From the human T2T-CHM13v2.0 reference genome, Homo sapiens, in assembly GCF_009914755.1 (NCBI RefSeq), contig NC_060928.1: DNA of 64,000 nucleotides. One strand, written 5' to 3'. Under the pieces are notes generated by a model. It was not told where the DNA came from and did not search any database. It saw only the letters and a program-made list of their open reading frames with translations. A program made the translations under genes and the position numbers. This document shows, piece by piece, positions 31,940 to 47,835 of the stretch. The first letter of the stretch is position 1, and every line of letters starts with the position of its first letter.

Positions 31940-33199
31940 TTAAGAAAGGAGTTAATTTTGTTTGGTATTTGGACCCCCAAATCAGTCTTCATATTCTTTC
32001 ATTGACAGCATTCATTAAGTTCTGCAGAAATTAAATAGAATTAAGAAACAAATTCCTTTCAGAGCAAAATGATATGGTACATTCTTAGTTAAATGCTTAT
32101 GTCATTCCGCATATTTTTAAGTAAATTATCATTAAACTACTATTTAATATGTAGGAGAAATGATGCATTTAAATGTTATCTTTATTTCCTTAGAAAATAT
32201 TACATTAACAGGTTAAAGAATAGCATCCCTTAGCACAGAAAAAACTTAAGCCCTTGAAAGTTATGAATATCCAAATTAAGTTCAGGCGTATACCTGAGTT
32301 TTGTCTGATGATGTCGCCGTAGCAACATTTATAATCAAATGTGTCATTTTAATAAATAACTATAATTAATGATACAATGGGTTCTATTCTTTATGATAAC
32401 GTTTTTGGAGTAACATCTGAGTATTTGCTCCATATTACTGGGGTAAGTAATAAGGTCAATATTACATACCTGAGTAATATTCATTGCAAACACTTTCGGT
32501 GTAGTTTTGCAGAAATAAAACAACTTGTGAAGGAACACAATCGTTTTCTTCCTAGGGACAGAAGGATTTTTAAATGAAAAAGGGCATCTGCTCCTTTTCC
32601 GCCTAACAATTTTATTGTCTTTTGGATCAAGGTAATTTGCTATGAAACAAGGAGAAATGTGTGGCCATTCGGTATCATTTTACTTATCTGAGTGTTTGCG
32701 CATCCAATTCAGAATGCGACCTGACTTGTTCAGATGACACCAGTTTCTCATACTCTTATGTCATCATTTAAATTTCATTTCATGTTTTGACAACCTTCCT
32801 CAGTAGAAGGCATAGAACACATCAGACTGCACCTCTTGAATCTTCATTCTTTAAACCTACATGCGCGATTCTAGAACTAATGTTTTCATAACATGTGGTG
32901 TCACTGAGGAGAATGAAAATCTCACTTTGAATATGCTACTGTAATAATTTTCACTTGTAAGCTATAATTGATCTGAATGATGGCAACAAAAGAAACACTT
33001 AAGAAAAGTAATTTTAGTCCTCAGTTAATGAAGTTTAATGTAAGCAGCATTCTCTCAGGTTACACATATTTATATGCCAGGGATCGTGTTTCCAGGTGTT
33101 GGGGGTCATGGAGCTTCTTACATCTACACTGTGCTATCATCACCGTTTGTTCTGAGTGATGAAAAAACTAAAGTCCAACATTTTACCTGAGTTTACATG

Positions 33200-35700
33200 T
33201 AACAGGCAAAGCAACCATCATTATAGAGGGTAGGGGTGGGGGTTACGTAGAGGATGTAATATTGGAGCAGACTTAAAGCTTGAATTAGCAACGTAAGGAG
33301 GAGTGGGTATTTTAGGCAGTGGAAAGAACATGGACAAAGTTCCTGAGCTGAGGAACTGCCTGGCATTCTCATGGAACTGAGAGGAACCCAGATGTCTAGA
33401 GCACAGCCTGCAAACAGAGAAAAAAACAGGAAGAGAACATACTGGTGCAATGCATGAAGGACAGGTCACACAGGGCCTTGCAGACACCATTAAAGAAATT
33501 TGATCTTTCCTCCAAGTGCAGTGAGAAACCATTAGAGGAATCTAGGTAGGAGACTGATGAGGTCAGATTTCTATTAAAAATCATCACACTGGTTGATGCG
33601 TGGAGAATAGAACAGATGTAGAAAGGAAAGGATAGGAGAGACCAATCTGGAAGATTTTACACCAGTTGAGGAAGAAGAAAAGAGTGAAGGTGTAGGGGTC
33701 TGAGGAGGAACTGGAGACAAATGCATGAGTTCCAGCTGGATCAGAAAGAGAATGGATTGGGTAGGTTAAAGATGAAGAAGAGAAGGGGCCAACAATGACT
33801 CTCATATTTTTGGATGGAGAAAACATGGCAATGTTCCTTGTTTTTATGTTCAGTTTGAAATGGATGCAGAATACCTAAGATGCATATATCCTGAAAAAAG
33901 TTCTGTTTGTAGTTTTGGAAGTCATAAATCTGGGCCAAAGATCTTAATTTATAGACATTGACTTTTAGATGGCAATTGAAGCCAGAATAGTGAATGAGAT
34001 TGCTCAAAGAGAGAACATAGGGAGATTTTTTTAAGATCTTGAACAGAAAGCAACCTGAGGGACTTGGAGGAGCACCTTGGAGAGGAGAATGAGAAGAAAC
34101 AGCCAGAGAAGTGGGAGGAAAACCTGGAGAGTCGGCAACATGGAAGCCAAGGGAAGAAGAGGGCATTTCAATATGGTGCTAAAAGCGCGGTGAGATGAAG
34201 ATTATGAAGTATCCCTTGAATTAAACAACAGTAACATCATTGGTAGCCATTGCAACAGAGTTTTGATAGAAGAGTGGGCAAAATCCATATTGAAGATGGT
34301 TGTTCTATGGATGATAAAGAATAGAATTGACAAACACATACAACTGTTTCCAAAGTTGGCTGTGAAATTGAAGAGATAAATAGGAATGTGTATGGGAAAT
34401 TGTGAAGTAAAAGGCAATTTTTAAAAATGTGATATGGTTTGGCTGTGTCCCCACCCAAATTTCATCTTGAATTGTAGTTCCCATAATCCCCTCGTGTTGT
34501 GAAAGGGAGCTGGTAGGAGGTAATGGAATCCTGGGGGAAGTTACCCCCATGCTGCTGTTCTCATGATAGTGAGTGAGTTCTCAGGAGATCTGATGGTAGT
34601 GTAAGGAGCTCTTCTCCCTTTTGCTTGGTATTTCTTGGTGCCACCATATGAAGAAGGACATGTTTGCTTCCCCTTCCACCATGATTGTAAGTTTCCTGAG
34701 GCCTCCCCAGCCAGGCTGAACTGTGCATCAATTAAACATCTTTCCTCTATAAATTACCCAGTCTCAGGTATGTCTTTATTAGCAACATGAGAACAGACTA
34801 ATACAAAATGATAGTTTAAAATTCCTGAGGAAATGCCGAGATGAGATCCAGCAATTTTGTGCAGAGCATAGTCCTAAAAAGGAAAAGGGCTAACACTTTC
34901 ATTTAACAGAAAAAGCAAAGAGGAAAGCATAGATACTAATGCCAAAAGACTTCATTGGTTTGGTGGCAGGATTTCGAAGTATTTGTATGAAGGAAGATAG
35001 TATTGAGAACAATGGGAAAATATGAAGTCATAGGCTTGAGCTAAGTAAAGAATGTTTGAAATAATCATGGCATTCAACAAAAAAGAGAAACTAGAGAAAT
35101 ATACAGTGTGATTGCCCAGCACTACTGAGAGGTTATTAAGGTTGATGACTATAAGTATTTAGAGTGCTGAAAGACTTTCTCCAGAAGCTCTAGAGCAGGA
35201 AAACTCAGATCTTTGTATTAATTCACAATGGAATTCTCCAAATAGCTGTGCAAGGAACAAAGGTATATGAGACTGCAAGACGATGACAAGGGAGTGATTG
35301 ACAAATGAGGCCATGGGTATTAACCAAGATAGAAAACAAAGGAAAGACAGGAAGTGTCTGGTGTAAAGGTCCTGATGGAGTCGAATAATAGGCTTAGTGA
35401 GAATAAGTGAGCAAACAAGCTAGGTGGAGGGAAGCTTGGTGAGGGACAGCAGATTGTCTGAATTCTATATTTCAACGTGGAGTTTTAGGTATGGACATCC
35501 TGTTTTGTGGCACTGAAAGAGGATAGTTGAGATGGAGTGGAGGAAAAGGTCACTAAGAATGTGGATATGAAGACATAGTGAGGCCAGATGATGCCATCCG
35601 ATGACAGAAGTGATTGGGTTGGAGACATCCAGTTGCCAAACTCTTAACGAAGAGTCATGTAAAAGTTGATAGCAAAAAAAAAGGTCAGGGGAGACATAAC
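33200..35700 (-). mobile_element. Long L2 relic interrupted by THE1C
   Basis: L2 motifs: gcagtgagaaaccatt, aaaatcatcacactggtt, gagaagtgggaggaaaacc, atggaagccaagggaaga; boundaries approximate. Confidence 0.7.
34430..34805 (+). mobile_element. THE1C (ERVL-MaLR) solo LTR
   Basis: tgatatggtttggctgtgtccccacccaaat...gactaataca, 376 bp; perfect 5-bp TSD aaatg. Confidence 0.93.
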
Positions 35701-35989
35701 TAGTGCACAAGACTCAAAGCGTAGTTCCCCCTGCCCACCCAAAGACGATGAAGAAATGATGTACTGGACCGAAGGTGGACCAGCATGCAAAGCAGGGATG
35801 TTCATAAATAGCGCTGTTCTATCCTGCATGGTTTGAGAGGAAACAGCAAAGTCTTCACTCCAACCAATAACCTCCGTTAGTCCTGTAGGGATGCCTGAAT
35901 TTTTTATGACAGTCAGGTCTTCAGGAACTCCCCTTGGCCAGCACAGGAATGCTCCAAGTCTTAGAAGAAACTCACAGGAGACCCTTTGG

Positions 35990-36240
35990 CACAGTGATCA
36001 GAAGGTCCTGGGTTTAAAATGTGGTTCTGTCACTGTGGTGTATTCTAGCTAACAATCATGGGCATGTTCATTAACACTCTACAGCTTTTGACCTCTCTTC
36101 TGTAAAATAGGAATAAAAATAAGAAGTTCTAATGTCTGATTGTAAAGATTAATGGAAGTAATGTCTGTAAAACCAGGCTGACATTACCTGTTGCATATTA
36201 AGTATTAATAAGTAGGATCTAATGGCATAATTATCATTAT
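35990..36240 (+). mobile_element. MIR
   Basis: gtcctgggtttaaa...ctgtcact...tctgtaaaataggaataa...gtaaagattaa. Confidence 0.65.
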
Positions 36241-36411
36241 TAATGTCATGGAACTCATATACTAATATTTTAAGCTCAAATAACTTTACAAGGCTTCCTG
36301 AAGCAAACCACACTGTCTCCTGCCCTATAACATTCTACATCATGAAATACCCCTCAAGGTGCCCCTTATTCTACATCTGACTAGCACATTATCTTAAACT
36401 GGTTTAATATA

Positions 36412-37126
36412 CAGTCATGTACCGCATAACGATGTTTCAGTCAACAGTGGACTGCTGTTTTCTAATGTTATAATGGAACTGAAAAATTCCTATTGCCTAG
36501 TGGTAGTGTAGCCATCGTAATATCATAGTGCAATTACTTTAAGCTTTAAATAAATCTAGGGTAGCCTAAGTGTACAATGTTAATAAAGTCTACAGTAGTG
36601 TGTAGGCATGTCCTAAGCCTTCATGTTCACTCACCACTCACTGACACCCACAGCAACGTCCAGTACTGTAAGCTCCATTCCTGGTAAGTGCCTTACGCAG
36701 ACGTACAATTTTTTTTTTTTAACCATTTGTATATCATTTTTATACCATTTTTTTCTGGTGTGCCTTTTCTATGTTTTTTATACCATTTTTATACTTTTTT
36801 TTTTTTTTTTTACCATTTTTATACTTTTTTTTTCTGGTGTGCCTTTTCTATGTTGAATACAGAAATCCTTACCATTGTGTTACAATTGCCTACAGTTCAG
36901 TAGAGTAACCAGTAACCTACTGTACAGGTTTGCAGCCTAGGAGCAATAGGCTGTGCTTTACAGCCTAGGTGTGTAGTCAGTTCTACCTACTTTTGTATGG
37001 TTAGATATATGATACGGTCAGATTAAAGGTTTGTTTAAGTACACTGTATGAAGTTGGCACATCAACAAAATCACCTAAGAACAGGTTTCTCAGAACACCT
37101 TCCCATCATTAAGCAATACATGACTG
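36412..37126 (+). mobile_element. Tigger3-family (TcMar-Tigger) non-autonomous DNA transposon
   Basis: TIRs cagtcatgtaccgcataacgatg / catcattaagcaatacatgactg; TA target duplication on both sides. Confidence 0.88.
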
Positions 37127-38231
37127 TATGCCAGCCCCCAAATTATTCTCTGCTCAACCTCCAGACACGGAACAAGTAACCTTATTGAATAAATCTTGTA
37201 TCCCCCTCACCTGAAAGAGAACCGGGATCAGAGTAGGTGCTAAATAATATTTTAATTTAAGATGGTACAAAAAGAGAACTTATGATAGGTTACTAAAAGA
37301 CATGTGGCTGGTTCTTTTCTTCTAAAAGTACTAGGTATAGCAAACAAATGCAAGAGAGAGGCAGCCTGTTAATCTAGAAAGAGTGAGGAGAGTGAGGTCC
37401 CCTTTCTTCATCCATGTTAAGTGCTGTTTTTTGTTACAGTGGTTTAGAAGGATAGACAATGATGTTATGACAATCAGTCTTCAAAAGAATATTTCTAGGT
37501 TCTAACATCCCCACATGATGCCATGGAGCAGAGGTCTTACCAGCAAAATCTCAAATACAAAGAAAAGATGTTTGAGTAACATTTGACAAAGGTTTATAAA
37601 ACATGAACTCCTCTAAACACATATTTAAAAGACTTAGTATTTCAAAGTTTAATATTAGATTAGTATTCAAGGGAATCACTTTTTAAGATATTGAGTCCAA
37701 TAGGAAACCAATCATGTGAGCAAAACTTCAGTCTTTTAAAATTGTAATTAAATTAAAGATTATCTGGTTGCTTGTATATACTATAAGTAATATTGGTGCT
37801 AATCTGATGGAACAAAGCATTATCATCTGTTGAGGGTTTAGTGGAGTGTCGAGGTATTTATTCTTTAATATATATATTAATGGCATTTAAAAAAATCTCA
37901 ACAGAGAAAAGAGGCTCAAGATTCTGAAAGTAGTGGATTCAACTTTTTCTATATTAACGGCAGGTTGTCCTAACAAGAGAATCAAGTGAGATTATAGAAT
38001 GGGGGCATTTCCAACAATAGAAATCAGCTATATTAATAGCTTTGATAGCTAAATCACTGTTCTCACACTACGGTGGGAAGGGCAAAGGTAGCCAGCTTTC
38101 ACTGAGAATGTCTCTTAACCAAAGAATCTTCTGGACACTATGTGGCATATTTCATTAAATCATCATTCATTAATTATTGTTCCCAACTTTAACATTGTAA
38201 AAATATGATATTGAGAAAGATTTACTTGGTA

Positions 38232-38237
38232 AATATA

Positions 38238-38298
<61 letters not shown>

Positions 38299-38371
38299 GT
38301 GTGTGTGTACACATGTGTGTATATATGTATATATGTATATGTGTATATATATATATGTGTATATATATATG
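38232..38371. repeat. Compound (TG)n/(TA)n microsatellite
   Basis: Seen directly. Confidence 0.95.
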
Positions 38372-40869
38372 AAGCTATTAAGTGACAGAGTTGAGGTCTG
38401 AATTCTGTCCGATATCAAAGCCAATATTCTGATCCCTGATGTATAAAACCTCAATTTATCCTTCGATTGTCTAGAGAGCCCTGGACCATTAACCTATTCC
38501 TTGCAAGTTCTTAACCGATTTGTTCTGATGTTGACATAACACAGATAAGGCAGTTAAGAGTTTAAAACCAAGGAACGAACGAGGGCTTAGAAAATTCAGC
38601 AGAACTACTAAAACAACTTTTGTCCAAATGTGTCACTTTATTTTGATAGCTTTTAGGTTGATAAAGCAGGAGGCAGGACTCTAAGCTAGTATCTCTATAT
38701 CAACTCTTCTATCATGATAAACTTGTGAGCAAGATGAGTAAATGGGAGCTGGTTGATAGTGGAGATGGGCAATACTGGTGCTGTGATTATTCAGTACTTG
38801 TATTGATGAGTGAAGATTAGATATATAAATATGTAAATTATAGAATTTTTAGAGGAGGATTTAAAAATGTGTAAAACAGATTATTAAAAATTTTCTGTTT
38901 ACAATATTTTAGAAAATATTTTGAGTGAATAATGTACTAGAAATTTTTACATTTAAAAAATCACAAGACTACATTTATAATTGCAAGTCTACATTCTCTA
39001 ACTTCTCTGAATAAATACAAAATTTAAGAACTATCCATAGAATGGTAGACATTTGGAATAGAAAATTACCCTATATAGTTCACCTCTTTCACTGGAGTAA
39101 TTTATTTGCAGATTGAACACTCAGTAGAGAAATTTTTCCACATCTAAGGGACAGCATCAACCAGGAAGTCTTCCTCTAGAGGAAGTCTCTAAAAGTATTG
39201 GAGTTCCTAGATTACTTAATTGGTCATGAAACAAAACACTGCAAGAGAAAGTAAATCAAACCTAATAGGGAGAGTTTATTCTAAGTTAGTATTTTATATT
39301 AGAAAAACCTGATTTTAAAATAGTGAAAGTGGTATTTCAAAATGATTTATATTTATTAATAATTTCTTAATATTTAATAACATATGAAAAGGTAGATGAC
39401 AAATGGACTCTGTAGGCACTGAAACTTGGTGATATACCAACTCCTTCAGTGAGCGGCTTAGTGTGAAAGACACAAAGGGCAATGTAAACAGAGACATCAA
39501 TATGTTTCCCTCAAGTTTAAAATTAGAATTTATTTTGGAAGTTCAAGTCAACTTCATTATTCTCTCTCCTTCTTGGTAGTCATTTTTTTTTGTTTGGGGC
39601 TCTCTCGATTAAACCCTGTCACTTCAGGGGAAGTTCAAGAGAATAGTGCATTATTGATGTTACAGAAACAGTTGTTACTGATCAATATGTTTTGAACCAC
39701 ATACAGAGTATATCTTTAAGGACATAATTCATCAAAAACAGGCTTACTGGAGCTCCTCATACTATTTTCATTGATTTTTTTCCTCTCTAGGAAGACATGG
39801 TAGATAGTCTATATGTGACACAAGAGTTATATTCAAAATAAAGAAGTCAGGTAGTCAATTACAAAGAAAAAATCAAATATAAGCATTCTAAAAGAGGAAT
39901 ACAATTGAATTTAAATTCTTATTCTCACATTTTAGTATCCTGTTCAGATTATATAATCAGATGGCCTGTAATTATTAAAAAGGTTTCACATAAAGAATAC
40001 CAGATTCTAGGTGTGAATTTCATTTGTGACTCACTATGTGAAATAGGAGTATTTCTATAGTATTTAGTTTTCCTATTACCACTACATAGCTTATTTTTAA
40101 ATTTAAAATTAAGTATACCTATGCATTGCTTGATACTGTATGTGTTTTACATACTTGTCTGTTAAAGCAAATTTTAAAAGAACTAGTGGAGTTCACACTG
40201 TAAGATGTCCTAAAGTAATTCCTATTGTACCGCAAACAATTGGTTTATAAAGGGAATAATAACCTTCTAATCTTGCAAATCTGTATCCTCATATATAGTG
40301 TTAGCTTAAAAATCAAGATAATATATTCTTTTCAGTATTCACAAAGAATCTGAAATGAGGGTTAAAGGAAAGTACTATGTCTTAAATTGTTTTACAAGAT
40401 AGAATATTACTGCTCATCAGATCGGAGAAAAAAACTGATCTTTGAGTGAGGTTTTTTGCTTTTAGAACAGTGAATCAGTGTAGATATTTTAGGTCACACT
40501 TTGCATTTTAACCTCAATATCTGCCCTAGTAGTCCATTATTCTAACTTTCTCATTAAAGGTGAAACCCAATCCATCATTGCTGTAAACTGCTTGGGTGAA
40601 ACGTCCTCTTGGATGGTCATAAATAAATGCTTTTTGAAAAAACAAGAGATGCGTGCGTAGTAGCTACCTGTGACAACTTACTCAAATAGCCATGGAAGGC
40701 AAGAACAGTTTACTTTGCATATTCTCTCTCTTCTGGTCCAACCTTAATTTGAGACCTTATGACCACTTGGCCTCCCCACTCGTTCCTTGAAACTCCTTAT
40801 TAATCCAATCCATCTGATGCATTGCTCCAGTATAATATAATCTTCCATAAAGATTTTCTTCCTTGCATG

Positions 40870-43800
40870 GTAATACATTGCTTTGTATTTTACTGAGTAT
40901 TATTTCATCAAATCCATATATGTGTTGTATTTATTCATGCACCAATGAATGGGCTTTTAAGTTGTAATCAATTCCCTTGTTATTTTGAATAAAGACGCTA
41001 TGAATATTTAAGTACAATTGTTGGTGCAGACATGTATTTTCATTTCCAATGAGTAAATACCTAGAGAGTGCTATTCCTTTGTCTTATGGTAAGTACATAC
41101 TTACCCTTAAGAAACTGCCAAATTACTTTCCAAAGTTGCCTTAGCACTTGGCATTTGAATGAGGAATATATGAGATTTTTATTTGCGCCACATTTTCACA
41201 AAAACTTGGTATTGTCAGTCTTTTCAGTTTTAGTCACTCTAAGGGGTGTATAGTGGTATCTGATTATGGTTTGAATTGGCACATCCCTAAAGACTAAATA
41301 CATTGAATATTTTTTCATGTGTTTATTAGTTATGGGATAGCTTCTTTTGTAAAGTACCTGTTCAACTCCTTTGCCCATTTAAAAAATATATTAATATTTA
41401 TTATGGAGTTCTTTCTATATGTTCTGCAAGTAATTTTCCCAGAGCATGACTTGCCTTTTCACGTTCTGAAAAGTGTCTTTTGAAGAGCACAAGTTCTAAA
41501 ACTGATTAGGTAGACTTCATCAATTTTTTTATGATTTGAATCTTTGGTAACTTATGTAAGAAATCTTTCTCTATTCCATAAAAATTTCCTCCTATATTGT
41601 CTTCTAGAATTTACATAATTTTGGTTTTCATATTTAGATTTTTGATTCATTTCAGGTTACTTTTTGTAAATGATCTGAGGTAACAGTCATTTTTTTATAT
41701 ATGGATATCCAATATTTCCCACATTACATGTTAAAAAGTATACACTTTCCTCACTGGATTATCTGGGATCAGGAATTGACCACATAAGATGGGTCCTATT
41801 TGTAGACTCTATTCCGTGCCATTGATCTTTATGTCTGTCTTCATGCCAACATCACGTCACCATAGTTTTATAGTAAATTTTGAATTAGGTACCACAGATA
41901 CTCCCACTTTGCTTTTCCTTTGAAAATTACTTTGACTATTTTAGCTCCTTTGCATTGCTATATAAGTTTTAGAATCTTCTTTTTAACCTCAAAAACCTGT
42001 TGAAATTTTTATTGGCATATCATTAAAATATAAATCAATCTGGGAAAATTGACACATCAACGATATTGAGTCTCCTGATCATGGTATCTCTCTTCACTGA
42101 TTTTCACTTCACTTACCTCTCTTCACTTTTCTTCATTCAACAATGTTTTGCAGTTTTTGGTGTAAAGATCTTGTATGTATTTTAGTCAGTTTATCCTTAC
42201 ATATTTCATGACATTCGTTGCTACTTTAAATGGTATTGTAGTATAAATTCCATTATTATATTGTCACAAATACATAGAAATACAATTGACATTTGCAAAT
42301 TGACACGGTATTCTGCAATGTAATAAAATTTACTTATTAGTTCTGTGAACTATTTTGTAAATTCCATGGGAAAAGTGAATAGACAACTTTGCAATGTGTG
42401 AATAAAGGCAGTTTTAATTCTAATTTCCAAACGTGCTAGGGTTAAAATATGAGTAGAAATGGAGAAAATAGACGACCTGCCTTATTACTGATCTTAGGGA
42501 GAAAGCATTCCATCTTTCACCATTAACATGACTTTATCTGTAGGTTTACTGTAGCCAGCACATAGTGGAGTGTTGTATTTTTGTATTATCTGATGATCTC
42601 TGCCTTTTAATTGGTGCTTATTTTTCTTTATATATTATAGCTCATAAAATATATTTAATGTCATTATTGATACAACTGGGTGAAAATCTCCTAATTTACT
42701 ATATTTTGCCATTTGCCCAGATATTTTTTCTTTTGTTTACCTTTTTTTTGCATTAATTTGAATTAAATAAGTATATTCAGTATCCCATTTTATCTGTATT
42801 ACTGCCTTACTAGCTATAGTTCTTTTTTTTTTTTTTTTCATGGTTGCTCATGGCTTACAATACACCCAGTTAAATTACCACATACTCAGTAACATATACC
42901 ACTTCACATTTCAGGTAAGAAACTTGCAACAGTGTAGGTTCATTTCCTCCCTTCTTTCTTTGCAGGAATATTGTCATACATTTTACTTCAGTGTATGGTA
43001 TAAATTCCATAATGCATCATTACTTGGTTTTATTTTAAAGAGTCAGTTATCTTATAAAGAGATTAAAAATTTTTAAGTTTATTTTCTATTTATTACATAG
43101 CATATCTATGTTTCTATATCTATGTCCGTTCAAATTTCTGACTTTATGATTTTCCTCTTGCTTGATAAGCATCTTTTAATAGCTTTTGTAATGCTGATAA
43201 TGAATTCTTTCAGATTTTGCTTATCTGAAGAGAAAAAGCTTCACTGTATCAGACTATCGGAAAAAATATTTTCACTAGAAATATAGAATTCTAGGTTGAC
43301 TTGCTTTTTGTTTATCTTTTTTTTTCTGGGATAGAAAGATCTTGCTTCTTTGTCATCCAGCTTTCATAGCTGCTGTCGCAAAGTCTATTGTAATTCTTAT
43401 CTTTCTTCTGCTACACCTGTGTGTTTTTTTCCTCTGTCTGCTTTTAAACCTTTTCTCTTTATCGTTGCTATTTAGCAATTTGATTATTTTGTGCCTTGGT
43501 GTGGTTTTATTTGTTTATTGCATTTAAAATTGATTGGGTTAATTTGATGTGAGGGATTATGATTTTCTTCAAATCTGGAAAATATTTTAGCCATAATTTC
43601 TTCAAATTTTTTCTATTCTGCCCCTACTTACTGGAACTCTATTCCACATATGTTAAATAGCTTCCTCTACACGTCATTGATGCTCTGCTGATTTTTCCTC
43701 AGTCTTTTCTTTCTGCACTTCATTTTGGATTATTTCTATTGCTACAATTTCAAGGTCAATAGTTTTTTCTATTGCAATGTATTATCTGCTATTAATCTTA

Positions 43801-44790
43801 TCCAGTTTGTTTTTCATTTCAGATATTGTATTTTTTCTCTTTAGAAGTTCCACTGGGTTTCTTTTCTCTATGGTTCATATTTATCCTCATCATGTTTGTG
43901 TTTTCTTCAACATCCTTGAGTATCTGGTCTATATTTATAATAGCTGTTTTAATGTTCTTTCCGGATAATTCCATCCTCTCTCATGTCTAAATCTGTTGAT
44001 TCAATGGCTTGATTATTCTCCTGGATATGAGTCATATTTTCCTGCTTCTTGGTATGCCTAGTAATTTTGAATTGAACGCCAGACATTATGAATTTTACAT
44101 TTTTGGATTCTGGACTCTGTTGTACGTATTCCTTTCCAACAAAAGTATTGGGCCTTGTCCTGGGTACAGTTCAGTTACTTGGAATGGATTTGACCGATTT
44201 GCTTTTATGCTGTGATAGGGAAGGTCCAAAGTAACTTGATCCAGGGCTAATTTAACCTCAATATTAAAGTGATATCCCATTTGAGAAATGTAGAAAATTA
44301 TTTATGTGTCATGATGTCTTTCCTTTTAGATGGCGAGAACAGAAGCTCTTAGGAACCCTGAGAAATAGCCGGGAATTTCCAGTAGTAGTAGTTAGGGTAA
44401 TTGCCTCTTATTCATGTATAAATTAAAGATCCAGGGGATGGGACCCATTTGCCGACCTCCAGAGTCCTTTCCATTTCCCTGCCCTGCATGTCAGGCTGCC
44501 TTGGTCTCCCTGAACTCAGTTCTCTGTGTTCTATACCAGTAAGGTGGTTTGGCTCTTCTGGGGTTTCACTTGCTGTGCTGTGGCTTGAAAACTGCCTCCA
44601 GGCAGTAGCTTGGGACAATCTTAGTACTCACTTCTTTCTTTCTTTTCTCTCAAGGATCAGAATCCTATGCTTGCCGTCATCCAATGTCTGAAAACTGTCT
44701 TTTCAAATATTTTGCCTGGTTTTCAAATTTTTTAAAGGCAGCATGATATATCTGGTCCATGTTACTAAATTGTCCCCAGAAGTAGAATTT
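40870..44790 (-). mobile_element. Old L1M relic(s): 3' end/ORF2 (~40870-42555), then 5'/ORF1-side sequence (~42555-44790)
   Basis: Degenerate ORF2 C-terminus in ORF 41196-41378 (KHMKK...RYHYTPLR); atcttagggagaaagcattc; apparent jump at ~42555; boundaries approximate. Confidence 0.75.
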
Positions 44791-45784
44791 TTTGTTTGTT
44801 TGTTTCTTTGGATTTGTTTCCCTCCTTTTTTCCTTTTGAAACATAACTCACGTGTCATTCCCACTGGGAAACTCCTACTGACCACACTTTTCCAGCTGAG
44901 TCAAGTTCCCACTCTGTGCATTTCCATCTGTAGGGATTCCATCAATGATGACACTGATTTTCCATTGCATGCTCAACGTTGGTTTACTTTTCTGCATCAC
45001 TACATAATGTGTTCCTTAAGGGTAGGAACTGGCACATATTTACCTTATTCATCCCTGTGACCTCAGTACTAGTGCATCACCTGTATTGGGTTGAATATAT
45101 CAAATGTATCACTCCACAGCAAACGAACAGCTGGAATTATTCTGTCTTGTCTACACAGTAAGCACACATAGCTCATCTCGGTATTCAAGACCATTGGTAA
45201 CGTGACATAATTCATTATCATAGTCTGATCTCTCTCTACAAGACCTTTATGGTCAGCAAAGCTTAGGCCCACCATTTATAAAAAACAACATAGCCCTCCC
45301 ACCCATGGCCCTTTTTTATGCAATTTCTTCCACCTGGAATTTCCTTTTCCACAAATCCTATCTATCAAAATTATTTTCTTTAACATCCATGTCAAATACC
45401 ACATCCTCCCTGATGCTTATGCTGGTTGACCAGCATTTGTAATGCCCTTGCAATTTATTTACCCTGGTCATGTGTCCTATTTTATCTTGCCTGTTGTATA
45501 CATTCTCTCTATTTTATCATAGTCTATGCATTTCCCATTCTATGAGTATTTCCTATTCCATCATATTATTCCATGGCTGCATTAGGCTTACTTACAGCCC
45601 TACCCAATTCACCTATCTTCACTCAACTGGATGTCTCTCTCTTTAAGGTAAAAACTATGTGTTTATTTAAGAACTATATTTAAAATAGTAGGCATTCAAT
45701 AAGTATTTAATAAAACATGGATATCAATTTTAAAAGATTTTTGGTTGTTGTCATTGTTGGTAGCAAATTTCTTAGTGTACTATC

Positions 45785-47308
<1,524 letters not shown>

Positions 47309-47798
47309 AAAGATATGATTTTTGAAAGAAAAAAAATTGTACCCATCCTTTTTTAAAACTTAGTTTCCATAATCATGTTCTTGAGTTGGGTAAACATGTA
47401 GATGTGTTCAGAGAAAAAGACAACTGAAAAAAAAAAACTTGGTAGAAATACATATTTATTTTTTCATTAAGATATATATTTTTTTCTCTTGCATGGAATA
47501 GACTGACTAACACATTCTTCAGACAGTTATCAACCAAACATTTGATGCCTGGGATTGCTCAGAAACAAAGAGTGCTTTTACTTAGAAATTACCTTTGTGT
47601 TGATTATTCTTGAACTTCTCTCCTTGAAAGATAGTCAGAAAAGGTGACATCACATAAAGTCAAATGCAAATAACTACATAATTTTAGAATTATGAAAATA
47701 TGCAAAAATAGTTACATAAATGTTATATTTATTTCTTAGCGGAATTCTAGAGCCCATAGAACTTTTATGCTTTAAAAAGTTAGATTTTTGTAGGCATA

Positions 47799-47835
47799 TA
47801 TAGCCAAAACCACAATTACTTTTGCACCAACCTAA
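47799..47835 (-). mobile_element. Solo Hsmar1/MADE1 TIR
   Basis: gccaaaaccacaattacttttgcaccaacctaa|TA. Confidence 0.88.

Noticed and set aside
34519-34533. DUX4 site in the THE1C LTR
   Set aside because: Reads taatggaatcc, deviating from the TAATTGAATCA-type site of the family; no support for activity.
36993-37002. ttgtatggtt, equal to the 3' end of mature let-7c
   Set aside because: 10-nt chance match inside a Tigger element; no seed and no hairpin. I did not see the miR-99a or let-7c precursors in this window.
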